From Guillardia theta CCMP2712 (taxonomy: Eukaryota > Protista > Cryptophyta): a DNA stretch of 64,000 nucleotides. The stretch lies in assembly GCF_000315625.1 (NCBI RefSeq), contig NW_005434661.1:422878-486877 (forward strand). Direction: 5' to 3'. Position 1 is the first letter of the stretch. The number at the start of each line of letters is the position of its first letter. This document shows positions 12,222-24,900 of this stretch, one piece after another. The translations under genes were made by a program, and so were the position numbers. The notes beneath the pieces were generated by a model. It did no database searches and was not told the origin of the DNA. It worked only from the letters and a program-made list of their open reading frames with translations.

Positions 12222-12816
12222 GCGATCAAGCTGCCCGGCTCTGAATGATTTGTATTTGAATCTTGCCATTTACCTGTCGCAAGACAGAGATCATAAGCCC
12301 CTAGTTTCATCGTAATGCTTCAAGTGCTTGTGCTTTACGCAGAATACGAATTCAATTTGATTTGAATGAAGTTAGCAACTGATAGATTGCCTGGTATGTT
12401 AAGTCGATGTTGGTAAACCACTTGAGCTGTTGCAGCTGTAGCTAATGCAAGCAGATACTGTTCTGGATGATATTGCATCCACATGAGACAATCACAGGAA
12501 CCTTTCAACCAAGAAGATTAGTGCGCACAGACCATTGTCGACTGCCATACACGTGTGCACTGATCCTGTCGCTTGTTCTTTGCGCTTGGTACTCGTGGAC
12601 TGTGGTCTAAACTTAAATAGAACTAGCTCAATTGCCTAAACTAAACAAAGCCTTGCGAAATATTCTTACAAATCGCTAAATTTGCATATTTTCTATCATG
12701 GCAAAGCATATACCATAACATCTAATTCATGGATATTTCCAAGCTGATCGTGAATTCCAATTGACATGTCATCAGCGATGATGAAAATGAAGTACCATAC
12801 GCTGCCAAACATCCTC

Positions 12817-12878
12817 ACAGAGCCCCAAGAAAGCACGCAAGAATTATCGACAGAGCCCCAATCACGCAAGAATTATCG
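12817..12878. repeat. Imperfect tandem duplication (~30 bp x2) downstream of SRP9
   Basis: acagagccccaa(gaaag/t)cacgcaagaattatcg twice in tandem. Confidence 0.85.
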
Positions 12879-12898
12879 TTTTCAATCATTCTACAGCT

Positions 12899-13482
12899 TT
12901 ACTTTCCCTTCTTCTTCTTCTTCTTTCCTTCAGCTCCTTCGGTAGGGACATGATGCTGCGTCTGTGCCTGTGCCTGCTGCTGCGCTGCTTCTGCTCATCT
13001 CGTCAGCTTCACATCTAGAACAGCATACAGGTGCAAATTACAGACCTGATTCAATGTCTGCTAGAATGGACGAAGACGCCTCAGCATCAATCTGTCAGAG
13101 AGCTTCAGACGCGACCGAACAGGCAAAGCCACGCCCAAGACCTTTTGGCTTGGCATCAACCGTAGAAACAGATTATTCAATCTTTCCATCTTCTTGACAT
13201 CAAGTGACTGATCTGTCTTGTACTTTATGCACTGCCACATCGTAAGCCAACAAACCGAGCTATTCAAATTGCTCACCACCACATCGTCAGTGACCTTCAA
13301 TACCAGTTGTGCATCAACATGCCTATACTTAATAAGATATCTCGTCTGCACGAAGTGTTAGCCGTCAATGATCAATGCAATCTGCATGTCAGTCATGTTC
13401 AAGAAAACACCTTGTCGGGAGACTTGATCAAGAGCTCTTGCGCTGCCTGCATGAAATCGTCCCAATTGTTGATGTACACCAT
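12899..13482 (-). CDS. SRP9: Signal recognition particle 9 kDa protein, multi-exon
   Basis: MVYINNWDDFMQAAQELLIKSPDK/TRYLIKYRHVDAQLVLKVTDDVV/CIKYKTDQSLDVKKMERLNNLFL; Lys-rich tail ..EGKKKKKKGK*. Confidence 0.92.
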
Positions 13483-14005
13483 CTTGCCCGAATTTCTTGA
13501 ATCCAAAGAGAAGCTTTGTGCTATTCACGTAAGGATATTTGATTTCTTCCTCGAATGCTTCTTTGTTTGTCTCCTTGCTTTCGCTCTTCCCTCGTCCCTT
13601 GCCGTTGCTTCACGCCCCTCCCACCATGGCCTCTACTACCACGTGCACAAGCCGGATATTATCCGGCAATGACTAAGACATATTGATTAAAAAATGAATA
13701 CCGGACTGACTGCGCTGGCCCTCAGACGTTCAGTAGACCGTCGGACCGTACTTGACGGACGGTACGGTACGAGTTTGTTAGACTTGTACCACATCAGTTG
13801 ACCTCAGCTGCAACAAGACAGTTTTTGCTTATCAAAGACCGAGTTTAATTCCGGGTATGGCAGCACTCGGTCAGTGTGACACTCTCAGCTCCGAAGGCTC
13901 TCGCCGCCGTATCAACGCCCCGGGCCATTGGTCTTCACGGATGGTCATGAGATTTTACTTGACATTTCTTTGTACATGTTAGGTTGCCGCTGGTCTGAGC
14001 CCGGG

Positions 14006-17000
14006 TCAGTCTGCTGGGAGAGAGCTGAATCGTCTCAATGCATTTGATCGCTTTAGAAGTCCATCAGCTTGAATATCTGAAGTTCTGCCCAGGAGGGCAC
14101 TGGCTCGCAGCTTCTTCTTCTTGTGACTGTTCAGCTCTTTCTCCTTCATCTTCTGAGCTCTGCGATTGAAGTAGAACCACCGGAAGGGACTTGCCAGCAG
14201 CCCGCACACGATCACAACCAGACAGGCGATGTTGAGCGCTCCCAGCAAGTACCCGGCGTAGAAGAGAAAGCTGCAGTATGTGTTGTTCCCCGAGGTCGAC
14301 GAGCTCGAGCCCGTGAGGTTGACTTGGCTGACGCCGGCGATGGCGAGGCCGAAGCTAGAGGAGGAGGAGCTGGCGCAGGTCATGTTGGTCACATGCGGGA
14401 AGAAGATCGACCCGTTGTCCTTGGGGTCTGACGCCAGGTAGATGACAAGCGCATTGCACAGGTTGCAAACTCTACATGCCACGTCATTGACCGTATCTTG
14501 CCAGTCCATGTAAGGTCGGATCACAATGCTGAGGACGAAGAAAATCCCTGCACTGACAGCGATGAGACATTTCTGCAGCTGCATCTCGGTGACGCTTTGG
14601 TACGTCGTAGGGTCGTGACCGTAGAAGAGGAAGATGGTAGCTTGAGACAGGAAGAGAGTGTAAAGTAGGAGAAGGACCTGTACCGTCTCGTCAGGAGCTC
14701 AGAAAACAAGAAAGGACTCTCACCTTCTCAAGCAGCGTAATCAGCTTATAGTACTTCCATCGCCACTTGTAGCTGAAATTCATCCTTAGAGAAAGAGGAG
14801 AGACTTCGCAGTCAAGCTGACCTGCAGTAGAGAGTCGTCCTTGCGTCATCGAAGTCACAAACGGCCTGCTGATATAAAGAATGTGCTTGCTGCAACAATC
14901 GCTTTTGCTGCAGACGAATCTTCTTCTCAAAGTTTCTCTCGCCGTTCGATCGCCTCTTTACCAACTGCTCGTTCAGCCTCTTGACATCGTTGAGCAACTT
15001 GATATGACGAGGATTGTTTCTATCTACCACGTCAACAGCGTTCTTGATGTGATACCCCAAATACAGCGGCATGCCGATGATGTACATGGCTGCGAAGGCC
15101 GCACTGATCCAGAAGACAACGTACTGCGATCTGAGCCCGTCGGTCGCTGAGGGGTAGGGCTTGCACAGGCGGTTGGCGACTCCTGACGTCATCGTGCATC
15201 CCCCAGCTGGGAAGTACCATTTGACTGCTTCGCCGTCTGCGCCCTGGTGGAGAACTGGTCTCACGTTGTCTAGGAGAAGGTTGCACACAGGGAGGTAGGT
15301 GAGGACGAGCAGGAGCATGCCGATCTTCTTGATCGCGTTGGTGAGATCCAGCCAGAACCCCGTGTTGTGCTTCTTCCTGTTTTTGTAGCGAGCGATCAGC
15401 ACGACGAGCAGCCAGACGAGGTCAACGAAGCCGATCACTGAGAGAAAGAAGAAGACCCATCCCCAGGTCCAGGACGGCAGACCCTTGCCTCCCTTGAGCA
15501 TCTCCCAAGCCACGCAGTGCCCTGAGCCCATGAAGCGCGAGCACTGAGGAAGAGACTCGTACTGCGAGTTGTCCATGCAGTTGATGCAATCGATGGCTAT
15601 GGAAATGACGACCAAGATCAGGAAAGCTGCCATGGATTGAAAGAGTTTCACTCGCAGTTTCCCCCTGACGTTGTTCAATATCTGATACTCCCAGACTGTC
15701 CAGTCCAATCGAACCCTATAGAGGCCCCAGAAGATGAGGGGGAGGACGACAAAGAGCACGCTCTGCAAGTAGCCCCAAAAGCAGATGCACTGCACGCTAG
15801 GGAAGACATACTCGATGCGGATGGAGGCCAAGGGCTTCAGGAGGTCGAGGGTGGAGCCCAGCAGAGGGATTGAGTCCCACGGAACTCCAGAGAGAGAGCG
15901 AAGGAAACCTTGAACCTGCAGGAACGAGAAGAAAGTTTCAAACTGCGAGCCCCACAGGGACGACGCTCCAGCCCCTGAACTCTTGGGCATAGCCGCCTGC
16001 ATCATGCGTCCAGCATTGTTCAGCTTCAAACTGTCGATGGTCGGGGGCATGTAGATGAGGTCATGCATCATCTCCTCCACCTTCTTGTAGGCATTCACCC
16101 GTTCTTCTTCCGTTATTTCACATCCGTCAAGCGTTCGCAGAGTCCTGATGTCGTTGATGAGAATGTAGCGATAGGATTGCAGCGTGCGACAGAAAGGGTT
16201 GTCCTGAATGTAGAGCTCTTCCACAGGGAGAAACGCCAGCCAATCTCTCAGCATGTAAAACCTTGCTTGATCGATCCCCTTGCCTCTAAGGTCAATGCGT
16301 AAGATGCGATTCGGACCTATTGCGAAGTGGTTTCGAAGATTAAGGATCGACTTCCACTGGAAGTCTTGCAAAGGCGCAAAGTTGAGCATAGAATCACAAT
16401 CGAGGAGAGCTGGGAGGCACTTGAACATGTGCAGCTGGAAGGGCAGGTCGGCTGGCAGCTCCCTTGCCCAGCTTGACCAGTCAAGACTGACTTTCTCTAA
16501 CTTGAGATGCCTCAACGCGTCGCATTTCATTAGAGATCCGACAGCTTCTGACACCCGCGGCACCGAGTTGTTGCTGACGTCCAAGCGGATAAGGAGAGGA
16601 AGGGCGCAAAGAGGTTCAAGTGAAACTATTCTGTTGCCTTGTAGGTTCAACTCCTCTACCTTCTTGTAGAATGCAAGAGAATGTAGACTTGCAATCTGTC
16701 TATACGGAAGATGCACTGCTCGCGTGACTGCAGAGGCTCCGTATTCTTCCAGGAGCAGAACCAATCTCAACTCTCGCACCGTGGAAGCATCTTCATCCAG
16801 CAACGATTGTCCCAATGCCAAGCACTTCTCGTCTACAGTGATCGCCGCTGAGTTCAAACTTTGCAGGCTCGCATGCCTGCGTGATATGAAACTTAATACA
16901 TGCTCGTTCCTGAGGAAGGAAATGCGATCCAGCTCGTCATTGGCAGAGGGAAACACCGGATTAAAACTGACAGAGACCGATCGCAATGACATGTTGCTTT

Positions 17001-20000
17001 GGCCAATGGAGATGATGCTTCCCATGATCTTCATGTCTGCAATTTCATTGTGATTCAAGTTCAAGTGCGAAAGACGAGTGAGACGAGTGATACGTCCATT
17101 CTCGAGCCCTTGCGAAGTCAATCGGTTGTGCGACAAGTTCAACGCAGTCAAAGAGGTCATCTCCGAAAAGTCCACGAAAGAAAGATTCCTCCAGGACATA
17201 TCCAGCTCGCTTACGTGAGAGATACTGTCAGACTGTATAAGTTTCAAATCCCGGAGATCTTGCACAGCTCTCTCCAATGACACAAAGAATCGGATCATTT
17301 CTGCTTGCTGCTTCGCAGAACTTGTGCCTGAAGAAAAGCAGGGAACCATCAGGTCCAAGATGAGGGAGAAAAGTTGAAACAGACCTCTTATGAGCTCTTC
17401 GATGGAGATCTCAACATCATCTAGAAACCTCAACTTGTTTCCTCGTTTTGACAATTTTCTTGGAGCCAAGTATTCGATGACTTCTTGCCGCAAAGATTCT
17501 TCACCGTGCATCACACTATAGCAAGGGTGAGGTGTAAGGAAACCAATTTTACCAATTTTTTCGGAAATTTCACCTGCGACCAAATGGATTCCCTCTCAGC
17601 CCAACTTCATGCAGAAGCTCCTGACTCAGAACAACTTGGTATATCTCGGAAACCTCATTCATTCGATTGTTTCTCATGTCGAACAGCTCGAGCCTCACGA
17701 GACTTTCGATACCACTCTCGTGAATGGTAGAGATACAATTGGACTGTTACAATGTCAGTCCAATCATCGAAGGATTCTGTTCCTCACCTGTAGGTTCAGA
17801 ACTTTCAGGTTAAAAAATTTGGAGAAGAAACTACGCGGAATTTGTCGCAGCTTGCAATCAATAAGCTGCAGCTCTGAGACCATGGATTGCTCCGTGGAAT
17901 TACAGCAGAGAGCAACAGCTGCGTCCAGTCGTGCAGCACCGTCGAGGTTTGTGTTACCAGACTGAGAACCTGCATCTATCCGCTGAAGACAAATAAGCAT
18001 TTGAAAAACAAACTCCTTCAGCAAACCTCATCGAGGGTCACTAGCTTGTCAATGAATCTGATTTTGCAGCGAACGTCGTGAAAGCATTTCAACAATCCCA
18101 TCAAACGACGGCGATCAGATGGAATCCGGAAGCATGGGTTGCTTCTGAGTGCAACGGCAACCAGAGAAGGCAAGCAGTCAATGACGTCAGCTACAGCCTC
18201 AAGCTCATCCTTTATGGAATTCTTCGAGACCTGAACGATACCCCTCAAACTTCCTCCATTCAAAAGAAGCGACTCACGTCAAGGACGACAAGTTGTTGCA
18301 TGAATTCGAGCCCCAGGCCTTGCAGTGTTACAAGTCGATTTCTTGAAAGGTTCAGTCGCCTAAGACCTTGACAGCCAATCAGTTCTCACGCTGTAAATTC
18401 ACTATTTCTGAACCAGTGAACTTTGGAAGAACGAGTTTCAGAGTGTCTGAAACGAGCCCCCAGCTATGCGTGTCGCTCAACTCTTCCACCCGGGCTGGAT
18501 CATACCGCAAACCGACTTTCACATCGGATGGTAAAACGCAACCTTCCATTGCACAAGCACGTTTTGCCATGGGCAAGTATGATAGCCTCGGATGCTCCCG
18601 CAGATCTCGGCCTTGAGAAACGATTCATCATTCATCTCATCAAACGCAGCAGGCTTCTCTTACAGCATTGACATTGATTTTTTACACTCGTTGCCAAGAC
18701 CAGCTCAGTCAAATACATCTGCACGGAAAAACCGATTATCTGTAAAATGAAGCCGAAGCCATCGTACCTGATAATCTTCCGAGCCTGCTTCGTTGTAATA
18801 CACACTGACTCTATCTCGGATTGACAGTTCTTTGCCATTCAACGTCTCTATTGGATTCTGCTTGATGAGCATCATCAAAATTGCTTTTATCATCTTCCTG
18901 AAAAATTCATCATGACATGGCCCAACCAATTCAACAATTTTCATACATGTTCAAATTTTTGGTTTGGTTCGATGAGTACTTGTTGACCTCGTAGGAGTTG
19001 AAAACATTTGCGCAGCGCAATTTGTGCAAGCAATTCAGTTGTTGATAAAGAAATTGTAGTGCTTCGAAATCAATAAATTCGAAATTTTTTGATATGTCGA
19101 GTAAACGAAGAAATTGACAGCGCTCCAGGCCTATCACCTGCCGAGACGCATCAGAATTCATCCGTGACATGCACGTGCGGGGCTGCTTACCTGATCAAGA
19201 TGGTTTTCAGCCAAATCAAGTACTTCTAAAGAATTCATGCCCATAACATTCGCATATTTCAAATCACACTTCCTGAGGACCACACATCTTATTCGATCGA
19301 AGTCGTTCGAATAAAGAGATCTGGACAAGGCGATTGTAAACATTTGATCACAATCAATCAAGCTATCGTTCACCTTTGCCCAATCAGCGATATCAACTTG
19401 CAACGGTAAAATTCTTTTTGAAGAATTTGTGAAAGGTTTCTTCGAGGATCGGCCTCTTTTTGGAGAATTTCCAATTGAACCTCAATGAAACACCGAAACA
19501 AACTGCTCCAGACGTCGCTTGTCAGATCCTCTTGCAATCGGTCTGTCAACAAGATCTCAATGGCGTCTAGTCTCTCTTGCGTTGTAACTTCTATCCAGTC
19601 CCCAGAGGTTTCACGATGGTGTTGTGCTGTGTCAGTGTCAAGAAAGTTTAGCCCAGGTTTGGTTTCTGAGCCCTTGGAATCTATTGTGAGCAATACAACT
19701 GCCAGCCTGTATATCTTGCTGTCTACGAAGAAGCTTCTTTCATTCTGAGGAGAAACTTCAAGCCAATTCAAGGCAGTGAGATGAGCGAGAGGAAGGAGTT
19801 CCATCGGATCACAAACATCATTCCTCGACACCTTGAACAATCTCAACTTTCTCAATTGCTCGATGCCTCCCTCCTTGATAGAAGAGATTCGATTGCAAGA
19901 AAGGTCAAGATGCTCCAGCGAAGACATCAATCCAACATGAAACACTGAAATCCCAGTACATGATATATCTAGATGACGAATCATTTCAGGCTTGAACAAG

Positions 20001-21019
20001 TTCATTTTGGCGAACGTCTTATTCTTGCAAACTTGATAGTCCCAGACATCGTGAGAAAGTGACGCACGGTCGCAATCCTTTGTGTTCAGGCGCACTGCAT
20101 CCACCTTTCTTGAGATTTCCACGGGCTTTCTATTCAGCGTTTGCAATGACCATGGCGCGCTTGCGAGGAGTCGGTCTTCTGAATTCGGCATCAGGCTCAA
20201 AACAGGGTTTCCTGAGAAATCGGCGTATTGCAGGACTTTGCTGTTGTCAAATATTCTCAAGGCCTCTTCTATGTCTTGAATAAGATTGTTTGAGACATCT
20301 AAGTACAGGAGTGATCTGACTTCAAGACCCTTCACGGATTTCAATCCAGTTCGAATTAAGATCACGACTTCCAAGTTAGACAATCTGTTGAGAGATCTCA
20401 ACAAAGATTGTGTTGAGGAACCTCCAAAGTCGCTATCCTGAAGATGCAAGAAACAGATTCTCTCATTCATGCCATGCTTGTCTTTGAGCTCAAGGTCTTC
20501 GATCGAAGACACCATCTCGTCGCTAGAGAATTCGTGAATGCTTCTTAATCGTTTGTTGTTGAACTTGGACGGCACGTAGCTCTCGAACTGTGTCTCTGGG
20601 TGACGCTTCCTCAAGGCATCCATCAGCATTCCTGTACAACATCCCTCTGCCATAGGCTCTTGGATGACTTTGCTGTCACCATGAGCCTGGGCCCTCGGTC
20701 CCTCCCGATCAAGTGGGAACGGGTGGAATGATATTACGTTACCCCAGATCGGATCAAAGTCGACATCAAGGCAGGAGAGAATCTCATCAGATCTCTCTTG
20801 CTCTTCCTCGCGCATACAGCATTCTCCGATCGCGCACTCCCTGCTCGGCAATACCCGGCTCACATCTGAACTCTTCATAGTCAAGCCATGTGATAATATT
20901 TTCTCCTGTAATGGCTCCTCCTAAGGTGAATCTTGCTTCTCCGACCAGGTCCCTTACACTTTCTGCCTCTCAGCATCTCTTCTTCCCTCTTCCTCCTCCT
21001 CCTCCCGCGCTTCCGCCAT
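14006..21019 (-). CDS. Large leucine-rich-repeat protein with C-terminal multi-pass membrane domain, multi-exon
   Basis: Many LxxLxLxxNxL repeats and LRRcap motifs (e.g. DNPFCRTLQSYRYILINDIRTLRTLDGCEITEEER) in ORFs 19370-20884 and 14812-17583; about ten hydrophobic segments in 14100-16000; first exon MAEAREEEEEE at 21019 splices in frame. Confidence 0.8.
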
Positions 21020-21944
21020 TCCAAAGTTCGCACGGTATCTCAGGAGGACAGTAGTGGTAATCTTGAAGGCATGAACCTTCAAGCCGGGGCCCGGGGCCGG
21101 GCCGGGGCCGGGCCGCCGCTACGGCATCGCCGAGTCACTCAGCCTGCCCGAGTCACACTTTCACTAAAAAAAAGTATCTGGTCCCTAGGAAGTATTAATT
21201 GCCTAAGACTTCTATAGGACCCCGTGCTAGGAAGCTTTTCAAGCCCGAACGGTTCTCACCTAACACCACCCTATGGCATTGGTCCTAGGAAAATCTTACA
21301 CTGCCTACGACATGCAAAGTTACGGTCCCTTTGATGGTCTAGTAGGGCCTGAAGTTCGTATGGCTAGGTCATAGGATCTTCTTAGGAATACTGCAGCATG
21401 TTAATTTGAATCATAGGAGGCTAGCACCAGGTGCTAGGAATAGTTCCGCTATGAAGATACGGTAAGACAAATGTTGACCGTATCTACTTGTACCCCCCTG
21501 TCTCAATCCCATGAGGGGGATGAGAGGGGTGGGGTACACAACCCCTCCCCCAGTTCCATTGTAGTTTTCAAAGCACCCCCACCCTTGGTTTCGACTTCAT
21601 ATGTTCAAGGTACCCCCAACTTTATCTTGTTTCTCCAGCAAAGATACATAGGTAGGGTGGGGTACCTCACCCTTTTAAATTTCGACAGTGCGATCGCATG
21701 GCGAACGGGTGAGTAGGAGGGGAGGGGGAGCAGACACAGAGCGTGAGGAGGGGAGCCTGAGAGAGGAGAGAGGAGAGAGGAGAGAGGAGAGAGGAGAGAG
21801 GAGCGAGGAGAGGAGAGGATCCTGCAGTGAAGATGAACGCATGACGTTGAATGACGCGTGAGTCACTCGAAAGTAAATGCCCTGGATGGAATTCAGTGCA
21901 ACCAAACTTCTGCTGAGATTGGTTGTCTTCAGGAGCTGATCAGC

Positions 21945-24900
21945 ATGACGACTAGCTTAGGAAGAGATTGGCAGAATGGTAAAGTCGTAGACAAACAGTG
22001 GGATAACAATTCATTCAGCGATATGGATTCTCGGCAGGTACTTTATGTGGTGAACGGTAGCATATACCAGGACTGAAATAACTGTAAGATGATGCTCTCT
22101 GCTGGATCGGCAAGCAACTTGAGCACCTCCTCGAGGGCTTCCAACAAGGTGTTGAGACGATGTGACTGGGTATCAATTGAGGGCTCATACGTTCCTTAGG
22201 CTGACCAAGCGGCGCGGGTGTTCTGCAAAGTTGGAAACAAAACAGAAGTGATTTCAATACCGGATACAAGTCAAAATGTGTCATGGCTGGTGGATGTGAT
22301 TCAGGCACGATTTGGAACAAGAGTATGCCAACCTTAGCATAACTGCATTTACTCACTAGCCTCCAGGTCCAGTCACTGACTGTGATGGGCTGTGAATTGA
22401 GAAATCAAGATGTTATCATGAGTGTTATAAGAGATGGAGATCTGATCGAAGCTGGACCTTCAAAAGGTCTAGATAATGGCAAGAACCTCAGCATCCGTGA
22501 GCGGTATAAGGAGGTGAAAAGATACAAGGTTCATGTTGCAAGAGACTGCCTAAAGATCTTTGATTGTGGCTGCAGGGAGGTGTAATGGGTACAGTTTACA
22601 AAGCTCAAGATACAGCAAGTAAGGGCCTGTACAGAGAGGTAGTTGTAAAACTGCTTCAGAATGGAGCATCAAAAGAAAGACAAGAGGTATCCGTACTTGA
22701 ATAACAGCCTCGTCAAGTACTGATGAATACTCCAAGCGTTTCAACCGGGAAGCAAGGATTGTTGCATCTTTACAGCATCCGAATATCATCTCATATATCG
22801 ATATGGGGTCAGAACCGGATGGAACATCATATATTGTACTGTAGATTCTGATCTTAGACTAGATCTAAAAGCATGTCCCCTTTTGTAGGTGATGGAAGCC
22901 ATCAACGGCCCGGACCTGCAGCAAATCCTAGACAAGCGAGGATTCATTTCAGAGGAAGAAACCGTGAACATAGTCATCGGAATTCTACAAGGCCTTGTCT
23001 GTACCCATGCGCATGGTGTTGTTCATCGAGATCTGAAACCTGCCAATGTAAGTTGTTGCCTTGAGATGCGGAGAGGGACTTGTGACCGATCATTGCCAGG
23101 TCCTCGTCATCCTTGAAACCCTGCACGTCAAGATCATTGATTTTGGCCTTGCAAGAGAACTGTCCGGCGGATCTTTGTTGACAGGAGAGAATGTCGTAGG
23201 AACTCCGATGTATTTTGCCCCAGAGCAAACTATTTCGGGTGCTGAGATCACCACCGTGACTGATCTGTGGGCTGTTGGCGTTCTGATCTATCATTGCGTC
23301 ACAGGTTTGTTAAGTTCTTTTCTGGAGCGTCGCTGAATTGTCATCCAGGAACTCTGCCGTTTGCGAAACTTGGTGATCCCTTGCAAGTGAGTTCACATCG
23401 AATTCGATTTGATGTCCCCCTTGACGGGTTTGTTTCGAAAGGTGATTGTGAACGAGATTTGTACGAAGCCAGTTCCAAACATTGTGCAAGTGTCTGGGGG
23501 GCGATCTTCGGAGCAGTTGAGAGGCATTCTAGATCAAGCTCTGCAGAAGAGACCTCAAAACAGGGTAGCGACAGCAGAGATCATGTTGGGAAGGCTCAAA
23601 GAGCTCGCACTTGTACATCAAACTTTGAGATCTCAATCAGCCACCAGAGTCATTCCCAACGACAAAATGCAAGGGGGGCCACTGGGGATGAAGATGCACA
23701 ACGAACAACAGGTGCGACCTTGACAATTTTCGTCATGACAACGAGACATCTGACTCGATACCAAGAATGGAGCACGGGATCGGAGCAGCTCGCGCAAGGA
23801 CGTGGTGACGGTACATTGCAGCCATTATCAGGGTAGAGATGACTTGACTGATAGGATGAGAGAGAGAAGATACACTCGCTGGAGATGAAATGTGATGAGC
23901 TGTCAAAGATCAATGCTGATTACCATCAAACTATAACGACGTTGCATCGAGAGGTAAGCAGGGTCTCCTCCTGATCTGACACTTGTTGACACCTGATATC
24001 TAGGCAAGAGAAGCTGAAGAATTGCACAGAAGACTGAAAACAGAGCATCGCAAGATGAAAGAGGATTTTGAAGCTGAAGCAAGGCTGAGAAGAAAATTGG
24101 AGGGCGATTTGAAAGCTGCATTGGAGCGCAGTGAAAAAGAGAAGCAACGGGTTGCTGTCCTGCAAGTCGAGGTGGAAGACGCTCGTGCTGTCTTGAAGTA
24201 TGTCATACTTTGTGTATCTGCTCGAGTTTTGATCGCTTTCCTCCTTCAGGGATCGCACAGAACACTTTGAAGAGTCACTGAAAGAGCTACGAGATGAGCT
24301 GTTCAAGGCAAACCAACGAGAGGCAACACTCTTGGCACAGGCAAGATGATCTCCACGTCTCAAACAAGTGAGACTGATAGTGATGGTTGAAGATGCAACA
24401 ATCCGTGGAAGACCAATCCACCATCGATCTCCTTGAAATGACGAAGAAAGAGTTAGAATCTGAGCGGAACGAATCCAGGTCGTCAGGTTTGCGTTGGTGA
24501 GTTGTATGCTGCAGCATCTGCATGCGTTGATGACTTGATGGCGCAGGTCATCAAAAGTCAGCACCTTGGAGAAAGAAATCGCAACAGTCTCTCAACAGTT
24601 CGAAGTCACGCAGAAGCAATTGAAAGAAGCTGAGAAAGCGCTGAGGGAGATGGACACCAAGTTTGCGCTTATGAGCGATGAGAAAGAGAGGATGCAGACG
24701 GCGTTGAGTGGAGCTCAAATGGAATCCGAGAAGCTGAACAGAGAGATCATCACGCTCAAGGAGCTGAACTCCAACGTGAGATCTGAAAAGATGAAAGCTG
24801 ATGGGAGGATGGAAGAGATGCAGATCAAGCTGAAGGAGAGGGAGAAGGCGTTGGAGCTGCTGGAGTTAAGGATCGTCGAGCTGAAAGACAGGCAAACCAA

